From contig JBHGNT010000008.1 in NCBI GenBank assembly GCA_043228905.1, forward strand, positions 16,492,001 through 16,556,000: a DNA stretch of 64,000 nt, in the 5' to 3' direction. The notes under the pieces were generated by a model. The model was not told where the DNA came from, did not search any database, and saw nothing but the letters and a program-made list of their open reading frames with translations. The DNA is from Azolla caroliniana (taxonomy: Eukaryota > Plantae > Polypodiophyta). The translations under genes were made by a program, and so were the position numbers. This document shows, in pieces, positions 13,824-25,181 of this stretch. Position 1 is the stretch's first letter. Each line of letters begins with the position of its first letter.

Positions 13824-16568
13824 ATGAGTGAAGACTCACCGTTCTCGATTGAAGAATATTGTTTGTCATCAGACTCTTCGTTTTTTACTGAAGAGTATTG
13901 TCTGTTGACAGACTCGCCATTTTCTATCGAAGAATATTGTTTGTTGACGGACTTGCCGTTTTCAATCGAAGAATATTGTCTGAGCTCATCTTCACCTACA
14001 ACGCCTATGAATAATGACACATGTGAAGAGTTCTCTATTAAAGAATACAATATTAATAAAGATATGGAGAATGAAGGTAGTGCCAATGAAACATTGAATA
14101 TCATGGGCGATGGTCACAACAAAGAATTGGATAGTAACAAGGTTACACCAACTTCTATGCAGGAAGAGAAATCTGGAAACCCTATGCATATTAGAAGAAT
14201 CCCACAAAGAATTCTTCTGACTAGATTTAACTTGGTGACATTAGATAAGCAGATTGGATTTGATGGCAAAAAAAAATGTTGTGCCCGTGGTTGTATATCT
14301 ATAATTGGAAAATCAAAGTTGCGAGAATTAAGGCGATACTATTTTTCGATGATTGGTGATGAGCAAGACACTTACCTCGGGTCACATATGCAGCTAGTGT
14401 CTTACAAATGTACAGGGATCATAGTATCATTCGAGTATTATATCTTCCATGCGCAACAGATATGTAGAGTTGCATTCAAAATTGCGTTATGTGTTAGTAA
14501 CATGCAACTACATAGAGTACACCAACGTCTACTTAGCGGGGATCAGATGCTCAATTGTAAAGAGGTTCCAAGTATGAAAGGTGCAATTGGAAGACATGCT
14601 ATTGGTTGGATGAAAAGTTACTTTCAGTTAAATTGTGAAGTAATGCCCACTATAGGTAGGATGCACCTCTCTGATAATTACACACGTCAGGAAGTTTATG
14701 ATGTCTATCGATCTGATATGGTGGGCTCACGTAATAAATCTGTCACATATAGCCAATTCACAAGATTATGGAGAGCTCGGTTTTCAAATGTTATCATTCC
14801 ACGTAAAGTACGCATGGGGTATTGCTCCATTTGTGCAAATCTTAAAAGTTTGGCTAAAGGTGCAAAGACATCAATGGAAAAGGATATGAGTAAGAAGTTA
14901 CTACAGGAGCATTGTGAGGCACAATCGTTCGAATGAAAGAAGGAAATGCATCATAGAGAGAAGTGTTTGAAGAGGCCCGAACAATACATGGACCAAAAGA
15001 AGACGTGCTTGCCGCATATGTGAAGGCTCCCCAAAGACATCAATGATGAGTGCCTTGTTCAAATGCACTTGGTGGGATGCTTGGCTTATAATAGGTTAGT
15101 TGGACCTCACGTCTTCATTACATACCCCAATGTTCACAATGACCCTAACCTAACAGTTACAATGATTCACCGAGTTTTGATGTCTTGGGGCCAACCGTTC
15201 CCCCATGTTCTATACATTCAATTGGACAATACTGCTAGAGAGAACAAAAATTCAACTGTGTTTGGCTATCTAAGTATGTTGGTCAACCAAGGATTGTTTA
15301 GAAAAGTGAAAGTCAATTTTCTTTTGGTTGGCCACACACATGATCATATAGATAAGATGTTTAACACATTTTCCAGACAGTTGTCTTGGCATGATGCTTT
15401 CACATTACCTAAACTATTTGATGTCATTTGTGATGCATATACACCACGCCCAAAAGTGTTACACTTGAAGGAGGTATATGACTTTAAGAGATATATATCA
15501 GATGGGGGTGTTGGGAATGTTAAAGTGCTCGCCAAGTTAAACAATATAAGCTTCAATCACATTTTTATGATAAAGAAAAATGAAATAAGTGGTTCTACGC
15601 TTTTGTATGCTAAACAATATTTATCTTCTACAACATGGGAACCTGAAGGTGGTTGCCAGTTATTAATTTGTATGCCGAGTACAATTGTCCATGGAGCTAA
15701 ACAAATGCCAATTGAGAAGAAAGGACAGTTGCATAGTGACTTGGTATCGGAACAAAAACGGTTATGGCTCCAAGCCTTAGAAGATAAAAGAAAGCATATT
15801 GAGGCCGCCAAGAAATATGCCGCACAACAAGACACGTGATGGTGGGATGTATTTTTTAGTGATCAGAAAGGAATTATAGACAATTGTGTATTTGGTGATA
15901 ATTGGAATTTGGAAACGCCATGCACATGGTCATTACAACATGATCGTGTAAATAAAACTCCGGAGCAGCCAACAAATGTGATTAATGATAGTTTGGTCCA
16001 TCCACAACAAAGAGACATTTATGTGGGACCAAGGATGACCAAAGCAGCCGAAGCTAGATGGCAAGGCAATTTGCAAGAGCTCGCGGCGAGGATGTTGATT
16101 GCAACGCCGACTAATGAGAACTCACATGGCCACTAATTTTGGGTTGGTAAAATTCTAGAAGTGCTAATGCATGAAATATAAAACACGATCAAGTCTATAA
16201 ACATTCATTGGTACAACACTAGAAGTGCAAATGCTTTTACAGGTAAGTATACATTGGAGTTGATTGAATGCCCAACGAGAAGGGGAGGTAGGAAGAGGAA
16301 GTGAAACATTCGTAACACCTCGACCCTTGATATCTTTGATGTGGATATCATCGTGTACGACTTTATGCTTACAAAAACCGGACGATTAAGGAAGTTAACA
16401 ATAGATATAATAAAAGAAAAATTACCAGGTCTACAAACGAGATCTGCTACATATAATGTAGAGTCAAACCATTTGGTTTATGGCGAAGATAATGCACTGA
16501 TTGGTACATCCGAGGATGACGAGGAGGAATCATCATTGTATATTAGTTATAGTAGTGATTCTCTGTAA
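13824..16568 (+). pseudogene. Sola-like DDD transposase, copy 1
   Basis: ORF pieces 13824-14936, 15063-15839, 15909-16136 and 16341-16568 align with copy 2; multiple stops and a short deletion at the first catalytic D motif. Confidence 0.88.
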
Positions 16569-16921
16569 AGGAGTGATCATGAATGTATTTGGCTATTAAG
16601 TGTAACTACATTCCACTTGTAACAAATCAAGTAATATAAAAGCATGTGTTTTGAATTCTTATGATTTCTAAAAAATCGTTTCTGGTTGTAAAGTTTGTGA
16701 TATAAATTGAGAATGTAACTTTTTGAAATTCCTCTTTTATTTATTTATTTCTAAATCACGAAAATAGTGGTTTTTTAACCTTTTTCATAGTATATTTGAA
16801 CATGTATGATATTGGTATCAATGTGTTTTGTAAAATCATTGAAAAAGTACTAAAATCAACCAAAATATTCCTTATCCTTCCATTTATGCGTGATCCTTCC
16901 ACTTGTGAACGCGAACATGTT

Positions 16922-19103
16922 AAGGATCCAAAATCCTTCGAAGAGGCCGTTGAAATAGTTCTTCGTTGTCAACGCACTTCGAAGAAGGACCACAACAAAC
17001 CCAACGAAGCGCCCGGGACTAAGCAGTCTCAATTCGCTGGGAAATGCAAGACACCCAACGAATTCATGGATCGCAATTGTAAGCGACAACATCCTTTTTG
17101 CGTATTTTGCAAAAATAAGGGTCATACAAAAGAACAATGTCGACATCTCCAACGGAAAGAGTACGACAACAAAGCAAAAGTTGCAGACCATAAAGGTCAG
17201 ATTCCTAATGTCCTTGAGGTCTATACACATCATTTAAGTAATTGTCAATGTTCTTTCTTTCACTATGTATTGGGACCCAATGATTTACTACGTGCAAACG
17301 GGTATGTCAATGGATCTCCCGTACAATTTTTATTTGATTCGGGAAGCTCACACAATTTTGTGAATGATCATTTGGTTCAGATATGGGGAATCCAACCCAT
17401 CGTAAGTGATCACACCTATAGGGTGCAATACATCAACGGGGTGATTCATTCATTAAGAATTTCTATTGATACTTATGTAGAGGAAGTAGACTTCCATGTA
17501 ATGAATATTTCTACCATTGATGTAATACTGGGTTATCCCTGGTTTTTTAATAAAAACTCTTCTTTGTCTATTGATTGGGTTCATCCTTCCATTTCCTTTG
17601 TACTAAACAATTGTACTCATTTTATTCAATGTGTAAAAAAACAATCCCTCTCAATTGTTTCCTCTCCAACAATATCCGAGTTGTCTTGTTCTACTTTATT
17701 TTATTGTGTACTTGATCCGGACATTCACGTTTACAATATCGATAATGTCTCGATTCAATTAACATATTTTGAACAACAACTTGATGAAATCTTAAATGAT
17801 TTTCGTGATGTTTTTCCGAGTGGACTACCAGATGGGTTACCTCCTAAACATAATATAGACCATCGTATAGATATTGTACATGGCGTTGCACCAATAAGTA
17901 TACCTGAAGAGGATGAGGTATCTAAGCAACTCAAGGACTATTTACGAATGGGTTATATACGTTATAGTAAATCTCCATGGGGTGCACCAGTTCTCTTGGT
18001 TAAAAAGAAAGAGGGCACATGGCGTATGTGTATTAATTACCGACGCTTGAATAAAGTGACGATCAAGAATTCGCATCCATTGCCCCGGGCTGATGATCTA
18101 ACTGACCGTCTCCAGGGAGCTTAGTATTTTACAAAACTTGATCACCGTACGGGCTACCATCAAATTCTTATAAGTGAGGACGATGTTCCTAAAATGGCAT
18201 TTCGTACGCGCTATGGCCATTATGAGTTTTTGGTTATGCCTTTTGGTTTCACCAATGCTCCAGCCACATTTCAACAAGCAATGAATGACATTTTTCGAGA
18301 ACAACTTGGAAAATTTGTCGTTATTTTCTTGGATGATATTTTAGTTTATAGTCGTACATTACAAGAACATGCTAAACATGTCCACTTTGTTTTACAAGCA
18401 TTGCGTAACAAACAGTTTTATGTGAAGATCTCAACATGTGAGTTCTTCAAGAAATCAATTACTTATCTTGGACATCTCATAACCGAACGAGGAGTTGAAA
18501 TTGATCCTTCTCGCATCGAGAAAATCAAGCTTTGGCCCACTCTTCGTAATATTCGAGAAGTTCGATCATTCCTTGGTTTTGTCAGGTTTTTGCTAAAATC
18601 CCTTTGTCTACAAAACCTATTGTCTGGAATGCTACACTAGACCTCACCTTTAAGGAACTCAAGGACCTGGTGTGCAAGGCTCCTTCACTTCTTTTACTCG
18701 ATCCTTCAAAACCTTTTGAGGTTGAAACCGATGCAAGCAAGTATGCTATAGGTGTTGTCTTATATCAAGATGGTAAACCAATAGCATTCGAGAGTAAGAA
18801 ACTTGATTCTGCTCAATGTCGATATACCGTTCAAGAAAATGAATTATTTGCAGTTATACATGCGCTCAAAACATGGCGCCATTATCTTTAAGGAAATCGC
18901 TTTGTGGTAACTACGGACCACAAGTCCTTGAAATATTTTTGTGACCAACAAGACCTGAAAGGTCGTAAGGTACGATGGGCTGATCTCATCCAGGACTTTG
19001 ATTTTTCCATAGGATATCGTAAAGGTTCCATGAACACTGTCACTGATGCACTAAGTTGCATCCGTGAAGTTAACATGCTTAGCTTCACTGAAATAACATA
19101 AGA
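16922..19103 (+). pseudogene. Host gypsy gag-pol fragment (zinc knuckle, protease, RT, RNase H)
   Basis: [61 protein letters not shown]; several stops and frameshifts. Confidence 0.9.
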
Positions 19104-20150
19104 AACACGTTCGCGTTCACAAGTGGAAGGATTGCGCATTCCACTTGTAGAATCTTCTTAAAACGAAGAAAATACACTCTCTCTACAATAATTGGATGCA
19201 CTAGTATCACATGTTCCTCAACTTGATAAGAATTTGCAAATATAAAAATACATGATAGATCTACGAGTGGAGATCATTAGAAATCATGCAAGTTTAGACA
19301 TGTTGATAAGTTAATGTATCTAAATAAAGTTCAACTATGGCTCAATATGGCACTATTGTGCGACAAGGGAAACACTAACTTAAAGACTTATATTAATTAG
19401 GTAGGTTTTACAAAATTATGAGGTGTACTTGTATCCATACTAATAAAATGAGATATAATTTATACTTTGACCCATACGTGCATGTATGTAATTGTCGAAA
19501 ATGTAGGATAGTGCACATTAGGATAAGTGATTGGAATAACTAACTTATTAAAGTATTCAATACTTATATTAAAAGTTGATCTAATCTATTCCTCAGTTTG
19601 TTCATATGGGATCAAACCATATGTGTATATAATTGTGCACAATGTAAGGCAGTGAACTTTAGGATAATGTCGTGGAAATAACAAACCTATTAGGCTTTCA
19701 TACCTGTATTTAAAATTGATCTACTCTATTGCTTAGGTGATTCACACAAGATCAAACTCCGAACGATAACGCAACTGGAACCATTATCAACACACTACAC
19801 AATCTAAGCAGCAATGGAATAGAAACATAATAGTTTTAACAATATAAGACAAAGATCCATAATAACAACATGGACAGTCATGGCAATAATTATAGGGCCA
19901 TGTTCTGTTAAGGTTAGCTTGGACCAAAATCAGCCTCCATTTAAGCTAGTTCATGTTTCTCCATAAGTTTGGTAGTCAGCTATGCACGCGGTGAAACCAA
20001 TATCATAAATCTACTAATGAGGTATATAAAAATAAAATTGAAACATATAGATGATTATAAAGAATAGAATCCACTAGGTAAAACCCAAAATTTGTATTAA
20101 TAATGTGAAATCTTAACAAATCGTCAGTGTCATATTCTTTATAGAGTCTA

Positions 20151-23100
20151 TTACATAGCAATCAATTCATCAACGTCATTTTCTTCATCATCTTGTGTAG
20201 AACTGTCTTCGGCTATACGTGCATTGGTTTCCCCTGTTAGCCGGGCCAACGAAATATCTTCTATAAGCTCATCATCAAGCTCTATTAGCTCTCCCGGTTC
20301 GCCGGCTAACGGAGGAATAGGCTCTCGCGAAGCGGGTTGAAACCTTTTTGTATTGGCGAGGTTCTTTGCACCGACCTCCTCATCCTGGTCTGGGCACTCC
20401 CACAAAGCCTTAATCCACATATTAATAAATATAACTTGGTCCTCGTCCTTCTCCAATGCAACTGTATTCCTAAACAGCTTCAATGCACATGCTGACGTAG
20501 TTCCTATGATGTAAGTAACAAGAAGATTTAGTTGTCAAACGAAAAAAAATGATTGGTTATCTCAAGATCGTTACCCTAGTTCGAGGAATACCTGTGCCAG
20601 AAAAGAGATCTAATATCCAGTCTCCTTCGACAGAAAACATCTCGATCAAGCGCATCATAAGTCGTTGAGGTTTTTGGTATGGGTTGACAAGTCCCCGTTC
20701 TGTCGTGGTGACATGTCGCAATTTCCGAGTCACTGCTGGATATACCAACAGATTTGAACCTCCCACTTCATTAGAATGCTCTTTGATTCTCTGTTTTTTA
20801 ATTTCATCGAAGTAGCCAACCGTTATGTATTCAATGGCATTAACGAACCGAAAAGTTGGCCCTCTATTTACATTGGTCTTGATCCTATAAAAAATAATTC
20901 ATCGAGTTAAGAATAGATTCAACAACCTTAAGAATTGCAATATAATGAAAGACACCTATAAATATCCTTACCATGCAAGGTTCTCGATGCCATGGCAACG
21001 AGATCTCAAAGCTTGAGCTACCGAGTACCCTTGGTCCATACTATGAAAGACAACTATTCGCCACAAGGATGCGGTCGTTAGCTCAGCGAAATCCTTGACC
21101 ATCTTCTCCAATTGTTTAAACCTAAACGGTTCATCGTCGTATGATGACCCAGCCATTCGAAATCCGTAAGGAATATCCGCAATCATTAGCGTATATTCCT
21201 TCTTTGGCACCTTCTGGATCAAGTCGATGACATCACCGCAAACCACATTGTAGTAAAGATCTCTCGTAATATCTTTTTTGTGGCTAAATTTTTTAAACGA
21301 GCCATCTTCCTCCATTTCGTACGCCTTGACTAAGCGACGATCCTTTTCTTTTCTGGCTCGCTCGAGATGTGCAAGGAAGGATGTAGGGAAATCGTGTATA
21401 TCCTTAACTTCTCCTTGTTTCTTGCCTCGACACGGTTTCTAATAGAAGCAATAGGACATCAGGTATTATTATACAAGCTCTACATATGATGAGAGGGTAA
21501 TGAAATAACATCAATACTAACCCAATCCTTGAATGCAATAAAATACTCTGATAACGCCTTATACGAAGACGTTAGAGGATAATCCTCGGTCACTTGTTCC
21601 CAAGTTATACATCCAAGTTGTTTCATCATTACTTCTTGGATCTTCATGTACACCTTATGACTGTAAAATTAGAAATCAAGATTAGAACTTTAAATTACAC
21701 CAGATAGACTACAATTTCAGTATTTGAAAGACTTACTTATTGAACTCGGTGACCATTTCTTCAAGGCTTAAATCTTTCGCCACAACCCTTGACAAAACGG
21801 ACACAAGAAGCTGCTCGTCCTTAATACCTTGCATCGCTCTCCATAGAGACAGCTTCATGTCGTCTGCCGCTTCTTCAATTGTCAAGTCAATTTTCTTGGC
21901 GGCTTGTGACTTTAATTCTAGTTGAGGGTCAACCCTACATTTCTTTTGTCGTTGACCCTTGACCTCCTTATTCTCCCACATTGAGAAGATTTGATCTTGG
22001 AGGTCCCATACTTCTCCATCTCTAAACGCCAATTGAAACCAAGATTCATACTTTCGAAGACCATCGGACCTAACATTATCATCTACTACAATGCCGACTT
22101 CATGCAGACATTGACGTCGAAGGCCTGGATGTAACTTCACACCAAACTTTTGTTTCACATCTAAATACTCGTGGTGGAAGAACCGTATACGCTCAATAGA
22201 TGACATTTTCTGCCTATAGTCATTATCATTATTATGGTCCCATGCCAACAGCTTAGCCTCTTCGGTTGTGAGCCCAACATAAATTTTGCACTCGGCATAC
22301 TTGAAGAAGAAAGTGGTTGGATGTTCTCTCACAAGTTGCCGACGTGCCTCTGCTGAATGCGATCCACCAATGACAAAATAATTATATTGATCATGCTTTC
22401 TGATATCAAAATCTTCAATGGTTTCACATTCTTCAGGATCCACCATAACAATAAAAGGCACCATTGTGGCATGAGGATTAATTTTCATTTTTTTCTTGAG
22501 ATTTTGAACATGCATGCGATGAGGCTCTCTAATCTCAAGTGGTCTTCGACCTGTTTTTTCATCAATAGGGGGCCGATGGATGTGTGTTATAGGCAAATTA
22601 AATACTTGCCCTTTCCTGACCAGCTTACGTTGCATTAACTCTCTCCTTATTTTATTCTGCTCGGATGACAAGACACCCGAGGCCAGCTCGGCTCCTGGCG
22701 TCCCCTTATTATCCTCTTCTTCATTTTCACTTGTCGAATCCGTATCCGACATTTTCGTTGTCTTCTTCTTGGCTGGTCTTGACTGGACTTTGGATACCTT
22801 TTTTGTGGCCTTCAAGTGGGAGGGCTCTTCATCTCTTAGAGTTACATGGCCTTGTATATAAGGCCTCAAGGTAACAATCAGGTTTTGTGAGTTATCAAGT
22901 GCTTTTTTGAACACTTCAGGCCCACAAGATTCCTTTACTAAAAGGTCTTCTGAAAGGAACACTTTGCGTACCCCCTTGGAGCACTCTATCATTACCAGTA
23001 TGTTGGCCGAATCTGCATCTTCGTAGTCAAATCGTAGAATTCGGCCATACATAAATGGAGTTTCTTTTCCTAGCTGCCCCTCACCCTTCTTCTTTGCTGT

Positions 23101-24368
23101 ATACAATACGACTTTTTTCTTTGAGTCGACATATTGCATACACCATTCCTTGTCCGTTAGATCTCGGTCAGGAAGGTCTTCGCCTCCAGTAGCGGCGACA
23201 AGTTTCTTTTGGCTTACATCACTATGTGGCTGAGATTTTGTCTCTTCGTTAAAGAGAAGCTTCTTTCCTCTCTTCATGGTCTCCGGAGTTACCTTGGTCT
23301 GGGCTTCGATTGGAGAACCTTGTATGCGAAGCTTAATTTTCTTCACGGGTCGGTCTGACAGGTTCTCAAACGACCTATTTAAGAAAGTATATGCAAAAAC
23401 ATAAGTTAGACAGTCACGTAGATTGAAGTTGTTATTATAATGAAGAACAGTTTCCAGGAGCAGTAACATATTCAAAAATCTATTATAGGCAGGGCTATTC
23501 AACCTAGAAAATATATATCGTAATAAGTAAAACGGGTTATATATTCTTTTAAATAGTAGGTATGACTTATATAGATTCTAAACCTATATTGAGGAGAATT
23601 TGGCATAGTGAAGGCAATTTGTAGATCATTTTCTACTATTTTAAGCTAAACTAGGTCATAAAACACCTATAATTAGAGCATGTATTTGTTTAAAAGTAAG
23701 TAAAGTCAACATAAAAAAGACTGATTTTGCCAGACAATTTGATATCATTTCCACCCCGTAAACAATTTTTCTCTTTCAAAGGCTACACTTTAAACACGAA
23801 CTCGATACGCCGTATCGAGTTCGTGTTTAAAGTTTGAATTTTAAACACGAACCCGATACGCCGTATCGAGTTCGTGTATAAAGTGTAGGTTTTAAACACG
23901 AACTCGATACGCCGTATCGAGTTCGTGTTTAAAATTCAAACTTTATACACGAACTCGATACGGCGTATCGAGTTCGTGTTTAAAATCTACACTGTAAACA
24001 CGAACTCGATACGGCGTATCGAGTTCGTGTTTAAAACCTATACTTTAAACACGAACTCGATACGCCGTATCGAGTTTGTGTTTGAAGTATAGGTTTTAAA
24101 CACGAACTCGATACGCCGTATCGAGTTCGTGTTTAAAACCTACACTTTAAACATGAACTCGATACGGCGTATCGAGTTCATGTATACAATACAAATATTT
24201 ATACACGAACTCGATACGCCGTATCGAGTTCATGTATAAATATTTGTATTGTATACATGAACTCGATACGCCGTATCGAGTTCTTGAGAAACGAAACATA
24301 TTTACAAAAATGTCCACAGTGTCAGAGGCCTACCTGGACTCCTCGCGCTCGATTCTCTTGGAAGACAT
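20151..24368 (-). CDS. Six-exon ParB/Srx-like domain plus beta-class N6-adenine/N4-cytosine DNA methyltransferase (~974 aa)
   Basis: Exons 24368-24334, 23374-21737, 21660-21522, 21438-20972, 20884-20592 and 20503-20151; all introns GT-AG with matching phases; 2925 nt, no internal stop. Motifs: VIGGSHS...EEAKLLAWDHNN...MSSIE (ParB-like); GDVIDLI, ADIPYG (motif IV), WIK..E, NPYQKP, DWILDLFSGTGTTSACALKLFRNTVALEKD (motif I). Confidence 0.88.
23791..24283. repeat. Array of 10 palindromic units (period 51-52 bp) in intron 1 of the MTase gene
   Basis: Unit AAACACGAACTCGATACG-S-CGTATCGAGTTCGTGTTT separated by short AT-rich linkers. Confidence 0.95.
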
Positions 24369-24499
24369 GGTTGATCGTGTTGAAGTGGAGGCGGAGATCG
24401 CGCTTTCGTGCTTTGTGCTCTGAGTGCTCTGTGTGCTCTCTGCGTTCTGTGTGTTCTGTACGCTCTGTACGCTCTGGTGAGTGAAATATGATGAGGTCT

Positions 24500-25181
24500 T
24501 CCTATTTATAGGGATTGAACCCATGGTTAAAGTAACCATAGTCACCTTAACCAATGTTGGTAACTTTGAGGATAGTTAGTTTGTAACCATAGTCACATTA
24601 ATTATAGTAACTTATGATTGTATTAATGATTACAAAGTCAAACTAACATATTGATCAATGTTTTATACTCATAACAACCTACAATCACTTCAAAGGTTAT
24701 GAAGGAGACAATGATAGAGATTCATGAATGTACCAATGATTGATTACTAAAAGCAACAATTTTTATGACTCTCAAATGTTATGTATTAAAGATGTGGGCA
24801 TGAATTAACCAATGATTGATAAGTCTAATATTTAAAATGGTGAGCATTAAAGAACCAATGAGTGAGACGTTCTATATCAAAATGGGTGTCATTAATTAGC
24901 CAATGATTTTAACATTAATCCAACATATTCAAGGCTTGTTAATGATTAGTTTTATATTTTACTTGATATAACATCATTTAGATCTAGTTTATATAATGAT
25001 TGATAATTTAAGTTAAATTACTTTATTAAAAATAATTTTTAGATGTATTGTATTAATAGAATATTACATAATATAGACATTCTATTGATTTGGCTTTTGT
25101 TTAGAGAGAAGTTTATGTTTAGGGAGGAGTATATGGTTAGAGAGGAGTATAACTTAGAGAGCCCTATCTAGACCTTAAGCC
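24500..25181. promoter_or_regulatory. Putative divergent promoter region between MTase and transposase
   Basis: Minus-strand CTATAAATA at 24503-24511, ~135 bp upstream of the MTase ATG and conserved in copies 1 and 3; repeated CCAATGA motifs at ~24734, 24809, 24855 and 24900. Confidence 0.55.

Larger units (their letters stand above)
7724..16921 (+). mobile_element. Sola-like DNA transposon carrying ParB-MTase, copy 1 (degenerate, left TIR deleted)
   Basis: Colinear with 19228-28320; right TIR ...CCTTCCACTTGTGAACGCGAACATGTT ends at 16921; the first ~125 bp of the element are missing. Confidence 0.88.

Noticed and set aside
16796-16921. N-terminal extension of ORF 16796-18124
   Set aside because: Chance read-through from the transposon right end into host gag.
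21733-23502. 589-aa ORF as a stand-alone gene
   Set aside because: It is exon 2 plus intron read-through; the acceptor lies at 23375-23376 and the apparent stop is within the GTAAGT donor.
23791-24283. CRISPR-like repeat/spacer pattern
   Set aside because: Linkers are only about 12-14 bp and are copies or reverse complements of each other; no cas genes; located in a spliceosomal intron.
20151-24368. Bacterial contamination or prophage as the source of the MTase
   Set aside because: Five phase-consistent GT-AG introns, a TATA box, and a clean TIR/TSD insertion into a plant retrotransposon.
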